Source: a virus. From it: 64,000 nt of DNA. The position numbers and the translations under genes are program-made. The notes under the pieces were generated by a model. The model had not been told where the DNA came from. It saw only the letters and a program-made list of their open reading frames with translations, and did not search any database. The stretch covers positions 1 to 64,000 of the IMG/VR virus record IMGVR_UViG_3300012953_006686. One strand, given 5' to 3'. This document shows positions 58,222-64,000 of this stretch, piece by piece (positions within the stretch are counted from its first letter, which is position 1; every line of letters begins with the position of its first letter).

Positions 58222-59871
58222 TTATATAAATTGTCTAAAATATGGCTCATACTTTTTGAAGTTTGCTTCACCGAACACTTCTTTATGTTTAAAGAATGTA
58301 CCGGCCTCTTCTTGACCTCGTTCTTTAATGTGCTCGTTTGATGTTGATAAGCCTTCAGAATTATAATAATATAATCCCAATGGAATGTCAACCTTTTTAA
58401 ATTGTGCTCCTGATTCTACCATTCTTAAAAACATATCCCAGTCGCCTGCGTATGCTAAATCTTCATTAAAAAAGCCTGCCTTGTCGTGAATGTTTTTTTT
58501 CCACATAGGCATTGGTCCTGGCAGGCATTTGATCATATTTTCTCTGGAAAATTTATTCCTAGAGTGTTCATAAAAATTTCCATTTGATGAGTTATCTTCA
58601 AACGTTTCATTTGGCTTAGTTGTTTGATAGCAATCAGTATAAACCAAATCTATATCGCTAGAATAATGTAAATGTTTGGCAAGAGTTTCTAAATAGTGTG
58701 GTGAATGTCTATCGTCCACACAAGCCTGAGCAATAAATTCTCCAGTGGCTATTTTTATTGCCATATTCTCTGTTTCCATAACTGTGGCTCTATAGTCGAG
58801 CTTTTTATAAACTACATTTTTATGGTTCTTCATAAATTCTTCAATGTATTGTTCTTCGTTCTCTGGCGAATTTGCATTAATAATGATCAATTCAGATTGT
58901 TCAAAAATGGTCTGCTTTTGCATGTCTTCTAGAAAGCCTTGAATGTATTTTTCACCAGCATATAGAGGACAAAAAATAGTGACTTTTGGAAGATTGACTT
59001 TTCCATAAAATTCTACTTTATTATCGTCAATTAGTCCAAACCACTTCTGTAAAAGTGTGTTATTGTTTTCTCTAATAAAATCTAATAATTCTCTGCCTTT
59101 TAGTTTAAAGTAATCTTCACTAGCTGCACCAATAAGATTATTAGTTATCAACTTACATCCCAAGATACGAGCCTCAATTGAAAGCCTGTTATATGTCTCA
59201 AGCCATTGAGGAAAAAATACCAAATGTTGAACGCGCGCAAGATTAACCACAAAACTTTCAAATGGTTGTGGTTCTAAATATTCAAACGGTAAATTGTTTT
59301 TCTGACAAAAACCAATAGCAGCAGGCATGCCTTTATTTTTATTATTCGATCTTAAAAGAGCATACTTAATGCTCTTGGGCGTGTCTATATTATTCTCTAA
59401 GACTGATAATTGTTCTTCCGTCCAAATATTTCCGCTTAAACTAACAATGTTGTCTAATAGCAGATTCTTTTGAACTACGGAAGCGTGCTTCTTGCTTTGA
59501 CACATTACTGCTTGAGCACCTTTATAGAAAAACTTATTAATTATTTGCTGTTCAGGTGCTAAAAAATCTTTATATAGCGATGGATTATTAGAAGCAACGT
59601 ACTTGTGATCGTGTTCTAAAATCGCATATCTATATTTATCAGATAGTGCATATTTAAATGCTTCAGGTAACATAAAAAAGTTTGCTACTATAAAAAAACT
59701 ATCTGTACTGTTATTAAGCAGTTGAGGGGTTACTTCAGATGACTTTACTGTAGTCACATTATATTTTTTACGCAGAAGATTAATGAGAGCATCATTACAC
59801 AACTCCGCTCCCCCTCTTATCTCATTTACAAAAAAATCAGATATAAAAACAATGTTAGTCATATTCAACAA
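58222..59871 (-). CDS. Two-domain glycosyltransferase (GT-B-like N-terminus + GT2 C-terminus)
   Basis: N-terminal SDFF....GGAE and P.W.ET..R..IEA...GC. C-terminal VTIFCPLY, ELIII...S, GEFIA...DD, G.F.E...AGDWDMFLR. Confidence 0.82.
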   Translation of the reverse strand: MLNMTNIVFISDFFVNEIRGGAELCNDALINLLRKKYNVTTVKSSEVTPQLLNNSTDSFFIVANFFMLPEAFKYALSDKYRYAILEHDHKYVASNNPSLYKDFLAPEQQIINKFFYKGAQAVMCQSKKHASVVQKNLLLDNIVSLSGNIWTEEQLSVLENNIDTPKSIKYALLRSNNKNKGMPAAIGFCQKNNLPFEYLEPQPFESFVVNLARVQHLVFFPQWLETYNRLSIEARILGCKLITNNLIGAASEDYFKLKGRELLDFIRENNNTLLQKWFGLIDDNKVEFYGKVNLPKVTIFCPLYAGEKYIQGFLEDMQKQTIFEQSELIIINANSPENEEQYIEEFMKNHKNVVYKKLDYRATVMETENMAIKIATGEFIAQACVDDRHSPHYLETLAKHLHYSSDIDLVYTDCYQTTKPNETFEDNSSNGNFYEHSRNKFSRENMIKCLPGPMPMWKKNIHDKAGFFNEDLAYAGDWDMFLRMVESGAQFKKVDIPLGLYYYNSEGLSTSNEHIKERGQEEAGTFFKHKEVFGEANFKKYEPYFRQFI

Positions 59872-61123
59872 CTTGATCTAAGATGTCTCGCCAAGCTTCT
59901 TCTTCTTTTGTTTGAATAAATTCGATTAAACTGTCAACAAAAAGTGCATTTTGTTTTTGTTCAGAAAACCGGTCATGAACGGTGGTGGCATATTCGCAAG
60001 AATTTGCCGCTACGCTATCTTCTATATTATCCTTTAAATCATTATAGCAATTTCGCAATTGTTCCTTTGCAGAAGATTCTCTTGCATATGCCCACATAGA
60101 TTCTTTAATTAAAACGGCGTCCCATACAACTTCATCTGGTACAGGGGAAATATCATATGCTACATTATAAAAATTATCTCTTCCTTTTTCATCAACAAGA
60201 AAATCAAGCTGACCCGACCAGCCGGTGCATACCACTGGAAGTCCGCTATAACAAGCCTCAAAAATAGGAAGTCCAAAGCCTTCTCCGTGAGGCAAAGCCA
60301 ATAAAGCTGAAATTTTAGGATGAGTGTATAGCGAATGCATCTCATCGTCTTCCATATCTCCGTGTAAAAGATAAACTTTACAAGTTTTTTCTCCGAGTGT
60401 CTTTAAAAAATTAGATAGCTCGCTATGAACTTGCTCTCGATCAATTAAGCTATTTTTGGCTAAGTTGGTCTTTAATACCAAGCCTACTTTTTCATCTCTA
60501 AATTCTTCAACAAACCACTTAACAGTATTAGGAATATTTTTTCGTGGACCGAATTGAGCTACAGTCAAAAAATTGATTTCATAGTCCAAGTCTATATCTA
60601 CTTTTGGTAAATCATTAAAGATCTTAGTTGGATAGTTTACAGTATCAATCTGTGTTGTCGTTCGTAATTCAAATTGTTGCTGCGGATTTTCTCTAGTAGA
60701 TGCTGTATAAACAGTTCCTTCAAAAACGTTTTTTGAATGATTAGAAACTACAATAATTCGATTCATTTCGTTTGCTTTTTGTATCCATTGATGTGATACT
60801 TTTGTAGTTTCAATTCCGGCTGTATATCCAATATTTATAGGTGCTAGCGACTCCCATTCGTTAGGGATTGTAACTTGAAGCGATAAATCAAATTGACCAC
60901 CTTGTTGTATATAGGCTATTGTTTTTTCGACACAACGATCGATCCAAATACGCTCAACGTCACCTCCTGACATCCACGATGTAGAACCCCACTGCAGTGG
61001 TTGGATATAAATATCAAACAAGTCAGGTCTCGATCTAAGAGCCCTAAAGGCAAATCTAGATTGCTCTCCATACCCTGATCGCGTCAGCAATGGGGCTTTT
61101 AAAAGAATCTTTTTCTTCATCAT
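59855..61123 (-). CDS. GT4-family glycosyltransferase
   Basis: SGYG...R, RKN and GEGFGLPIFEA..GLPV..T.WSG..DF. The start at 61123 follows GGAGG and overlaps the upstream TGA. Confidence 0.88.
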   Translation of the reverse strand: MMKKKILLKAPLLTRSGYGEQSRFAFRALRSRPDLFDIYIQPLQWGSTSWMSGGDVERIWIDRCVEKTIAYIQQGGQFDLSLQVTIPNEWESLAPINIGYTAGIETTKVSHQWIQKANEMNRIIVVSNHSKNVFEGTVYTASTRENPQQQFELRTTTQIDTVNYPTKIFNDLPKVDIDLDYEINFLTVAQFGPRKNIPNTVKWFVEEFRDEKVGLVLKTNLAKNSLIDREQVHSELSNFLKTLGEKTCKVYLLHGDMEDDEMHSLYTHPKISALLALPHGEGFGLPIFEACYSGLPVVCTGWSGQLDFLVDEKGRDNFYNVAYDISPVPDEVVWDAVLIKESMWAYARESSAKEQLRNCYNDLKDNIEDSVAANSCEYATTVHDRFSEQKQNALFVDSLIEFIQTKEEEAWRDILDQVVEYD

Positions 61124-62409
61124 GCCACCTCCATAAAGTGCCATTTCTTGTATCCTTTTCGTGTTTCCCAAGAGCCATATTTCTTTACTACATTGTCCAT
61201 TATTTCTACCCATTGTCTTTCAAATTTTTCAAAATTATAATTCTCAGCCACGTGCTTCATTCCATTTGTAGACATTTTATTATATGATTTTTTAGATGCC
61301 TTTAAAGCAGAAGTGAGGGCTTTTTCAAAATCTTCTTGTGAAATACGATCTTCATAAATATATGGAACCTCTAGTGAACCAATAACTGCCTTAGAAGCCG
61401 GCTGAATTCCCCAGCCGAACCAATTTTCGCCATCAGTTACTTGTTCTTGCAATCCTCCTGTCATATTGACAATAATTGGAGTTCCGCATGCTAAAGACTC
61501 TAGCGTTCCTAGTCCAAAACCTTCTGCATCTGAGATATTAATCGTGTAGTCAGCCGCATTATACATTGAGGCTAGATCCGATGCGTCTACCTTATTAGTA
61601 GAAAGTAAAATCTGTCCCTTATTAACCCCTAAATGATCAATTAAATGTGGTAGGTCTTGTCCGTGAGGATCTCTTGCATCTGTGTGCATTAGCAAGGTCG
61701 CTTTGTCGTGCCCAACTTTATCAAGCCATTCCTTAAACCACCAAAGCAAAGTGCCACTTTGTTTGCGGCGGGCATTTCGATTGTTCCAGAAGAATAATTT
61801 TTTATTTTTATTTTGTACTTCTTTAAATGTGTTATCATTATAAATTTTCTCTCTTAAAGCTGAAGCACGGGCCTTATCTTCAATTGTTTTAAATTTATAA
61901 AATACTGACGAATTCACAGCATGTGGGACATAATGATGTGGTACTTCGGGGCTTACATTGTGTAGTATATCGTATGTAACCTTAGAAATTGCAGCAATTT
62001 CATCAGTTGAGCGGTACCATCTTCCATTAAAATGGGGATACGGTTTATTATCCCAAACATGATAATAGACCATTGGGACATTAGCTCTAACTTCATTTTC
62101 TATTTCCCAAAGCCATCCATAAAATCTTGGATCAGTCATAAACCATAAAACATCTGGCTTTTCTTTTTGTAAAATTGATCTGATCATTTCATGATTACCA
62201 TACCCATCAACCGGATAGATAATCCAATCATCTTGCCATTGTTCCATTCTTTGCGGGCTATAATCTTGATGTTTCATGGCTCCTCCAAGACTAATAAATT
62301 GATAGCGACCTGTTTTTAATAACGCCTCAATAAAATATTTTGTCTGGGTACCCACACCAGATGGAGATAGCGGGTGATCTGATAAAGTCAGAATCTTTGT
62401 CTTTTTCAT
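61120..62409 (-). CDS. GT4-family glycosyltransferase
   Basis: SD.P..PSGV, NRN.RRK and YNAAD......AEGFGL..LESLACGTPII...TGGL.EQ. Confidence 0.9.
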   Translation of the reverse strand: MKKTKILTLSDHPLSPSGVGTQTKYFIEALLKTGRYQFISLGGAMKHQDYSPQRMEQWQDDWIIYPVDGYGNHEMIRSILQKEKPDVLWFMTDPRFYGWLWEIENEVRANVPMVYYHVWDNKPYPHFNGRWYRSTDEIAAISKVTYDILHNVSPEVPHHYVPHAVNSSVFYKFKTIEDKARASALREKIYNDNTFKEVQNKNKKLFFWNNRNARRKQSGTLLWWFKEWLDKVGHDKATLLMHTDARDPHGQDLPHLIDHLGVNKGQILLSTNKVDASDLASMYNAADYTINISDAEGFGLGTLESLACGTPIIVNMTGGLQEQVTDGENWFGWGIQPASKAVIGSLEVPYIYEDRISQEDFEKALTSALKASKKSYNKMSTNGMKHVAENYNFEKFERQWVEIMDNVVKKYGSWETRKGYKKWHFMEVA

Positions 62410-62416
62410 TTATTCC

Positions 62417-63181
62417 TCATGGACATTCTTTTGTGTGTCTAAACGTACATCGCTCACACGAGAGCCTATTTTTAATATAACGTTTATTTTTAATATTGTA
62501 TAATGCTTTGTGCAATAATTTAAGAGCGTTCTCAGTTTTTCTTGGTCCGCTCGTCACCCTAAATAGTTCAACCCTGTTTTTCTTTGCTGTTCTCTTGAGA
62601 AGAGCAAAGTGTGTTTCTATATTATCAGGATCAATCTCCATCTTTTGCGCAAAGAAATGTTTGTAAAGTGTAAGTTGATAAGTTGTCATCTTCTCACTGC
62701 GGCGCCGAGAGTTCCAGCCCCACGAGCAAGTCTTCCAATCGAAAATGTGAACTTTACCATCAGGCGTTGATACAATTGCGTCAATAAAGCCTTTGAACTT
62801 ATAATCATTTTGACCATCGATGGGTTCGTAAAGCTGTAGCTCTACTGCTTCGACGTTGTATTCTCCGAAGTAGTCAGCGACGGCTTCTTCGATTTCTGGA
62901 AGTAAAGCTTTCCCTTGTCCCACCATTTGATCAACAAGTCCGCTATCCACAGGCACGTCATCTCCCAGGTCAGAAATACAATCATTAAAGCTACGAACAA
63001 AAAATCTTTCATCGTCGATCTCTTCCTTTAATAGTTTCTTCTCACATACAGCGTGAATAGCTGTTCCAAACGCAGTAAACTCGTTTCCTTTAAATCCTTT
63101 GAGTTTATCAACGCGCGTAAGTTTATGATAAAACGCGCAAGTTACCCAATCTTTAAGTTCAGAATATGATATATGTGGCAA
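62417..63181 (-). CDS. PD-(D/E)XK nuclease, Cas4/AddB/RecB-like, with probable Fe-S staple
   Basis: ISYS.L.....C, FGTAIH, E, GFID, IFDWKT, QL..Y, C-terminal CERC....C. TTG start with GGAGGG RBS. Confidence 0.85.
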   Translation of the reverse strand: MPHISYSELKDWVTCAFYHKLTRVDKLKGFKGNEFTAFGTAIHAVCEKKLLKEEIDDERFFVRSFNDCISDLGDDVPVDSGLVDQMVGQGKALLPEIEEAVADYFGEYNVEAVELQLYEPIDGQNDYKFKGFIDAIVSTPDGKVHIFDWKTCSWGWNSRRRSEKMTTYQLTLYKHFFAQKMEIDPDNIETHFALLKRTAKKNRVELFRVTSGPRKTENALKLLHKALYNIKNKRYIKNRLSCERCTFRHTKECP

Positions 63182-63203
63182 AATCCCTCCAGATTTATAT
63201 TAT

Positions 63204-63232
63204 ATTATAACCACTTTTATCCTAGTTGTCAA
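63204..63232 (-). promoter_or_regulatory. Consensus sigma70 promoter upstream of the nuclease and glycan locus
   Basis: TTGACA (63232-63227), 17-nt spacer, TATAAT (63209-63204): a perfect consensus. Confidence 0.9.
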
Positions 63233-63917
63233 GCTCTTCTGGGTTTTGTAGCAAAACTAATTTTCTATATAGCTCTGGGCTAACTTTTTTTAGAAAGTTG
63301 TGTGAATCAGGGTATGTGTAAAACTCAGTGAATCCGGTAGCAAAATATTCTCTTAGCGATGTAATAGCATACGGAGTGATAAATACGCCAGCTACGATTG
63401 TTGAAAGCTTGTCATAACCAATCTTTTCATATAAAAATAAATCAAGTTCTTGATTATATTCGGGGTCCATAAAAACAGACAATGGAATTTTATAATCCAT
63501 TTTCCACAACATATCGTGAGTATATTTTCTTTTTCTTAAGAACTCTTGTTCAATTTTTTTATCACCATATAAAAAATATCCGTGTGGCTCTTCTAATGAA
63601 TGAGATATTTCATGAACTATATCATCGTACATATCCATAAAATTATCTTGTATATTAGAGATATATAACGTTCCGCCGTCATAAAAAGCGTTCAGGCTTC
63701 TTTCTTCAAATTCATCAAACCATCCAAAAATAATCATCTCTACTTCTACTAGAAGATGATGTGGGATAATTTTTTCTACTTTTGCTATTACTTTTTCGAC
63801 ATCTACATTTTCAACAGGATCTTTAAAAAAAACATGCAAACCTGTAGATGTATAAAAATCAGTCTGCTTTTCCAAAAGCTGGCTCTGATTCTTTTGTATG
63901 TAATCCTGTAGCATCAT
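63222..63917 (-). CDS. Putative zinc metallopeptidase (HExxH...E zincin)
   Basis: AFY..G..YI, VHEISHSLE and a downstream YA....REYFA.GF motif. Confidence 0.65.
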   Translation of the reverse strand: MMLQDYIQKNQSQLLEKQTDFYTSTGLHVFFKDPVENVDVEKVIAKVEKIIPHHLLVEVEMIIFGWFDEFEERSLNAFYDGGTLYISNIQDNFMDMYDDIVHEISHSLEEPHGYFLYGDKKIEQEFLRKRKYTHDMLWKMDYKIPLSVFMDPEYNQELDLFLYEKIGYDKLSTIVAGVFITPYAITSLREYFATGFTEFYTYPDSHNFLKKVSPELYRKLVLLQNPEELDN

Positions 63918-64000
63918 CTAATCCTAATTGATATCCGCGAAGAAAGTTTTCTTCAGCAAAGGCAAACACAAACTCTGGAAAGTCTGCTGCAAGAACTTCC
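63859..64000 (-). CDS. 3' end of a hypothetical protein entering from outside the window
   Basis: Open frame EVLAADFPEFVFAFAEENFLRGYQLGLDDATGLHTKESEPAFGKAD*, with TGA at 63861-63859. Confidence 0.55.
   Translation of the reverse strand, partial: EVLAADFPEFVFAFAEENFLRGYQLGLDDATGLHTKESEPAFGKAD

Noticed and set aside
67-61287. Numerous plus-strand and nested minus-strand ORFs of 60-180 aa in the ORF track
   Set aside because: They overlap longer minus-strand genes that tile the window with RBSs and start/stop coupling, and they show no recognisable motifs. They are treated as shadow ORFs.
40715-62409. Interpretation as a bacterial O-antigen/capsule locus, or a host-prophage boundary
   Set aside because: No flippase, polymerase, exporter or initiating transferase is present. 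The locus is continuous, same-strand and overlapping with phage genes on both sides, with no integrase or att-like junction visible.
62417-63181. CRISPR-Cas system suggested by the Cas4-like nuclease
   Set aside because: No repeat-spacer array or other cas genes are seen, and intergenic gaps are too short to hold an array.
1-64000. Stop-codon reassignment, as seen in some jumbo phages
   Set aside because: Standard-code ORFs tile the window, and TAA, TAG and TGA all end genes right next to the following start.
1-64000. tRNA, rRNA, introns or inteins
   Set aside because: No intergenic space or cloverleaf-like sequence was noticed, and primase and the other enzymes are normal length with no intein-like insertions. 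A covariance-model scan was not run.

Overview
This window is a gene-dense, AT-rich segment of a large (jumbo-type) contractile-tailed bacteriophage genome. Essentially every credible gene is on the minus strand, and there are no cellular housekeeping genes, rRNA, recognisable tRNA or CRISPR array. In transcription order (right to left) it contains five blocks. (1) A zincin-type protease and a Cas4/AddB-like PD-(D/E)XK nuclease, the latter behind a perfect sigma70 promoter. (2) A ~21.7 kb glycan biosynthesis locus (40715-62409). It holds nine glycosyltransferase genes (five are paralogs of one unusual GT-A family), Gmd/ColD/Fcl-ColC-like GDP-deoxysugar enzymes, Ugd, two SDR epimerases, a minimal split ThDP enzyme, a B12 radical-SAM enzyme, a methyltransferase, a sulfotransferase-like protein and a split HldA/HldC heptose module. 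It has no flippase, polymerase or lipid-carrier transferase. (3) A phage sigma factor and small genes. (4) A ~36 kb baseplate/virion module (3173-38929) with three paralogous tail-tip proteins (two carrying different peptidoglycan hydrolase domains), gp25-like and gp6-like proteins, and 3088-aa and 2343-aa giants. (5) RuvC-like resolvase, primase, two probable processed head proteins, an unannotated 46-aa membrane protein and the start of an SbcD/Mre11-like nuclease. The leading hypothesis is a phage-encoded virion glycosylation system, because several structural proteins are strongly enriched in [ST]-[GAS]-S tripeptides that could be the acceptor sequon. All calls come from motif recognition by eye; no database searches were run.
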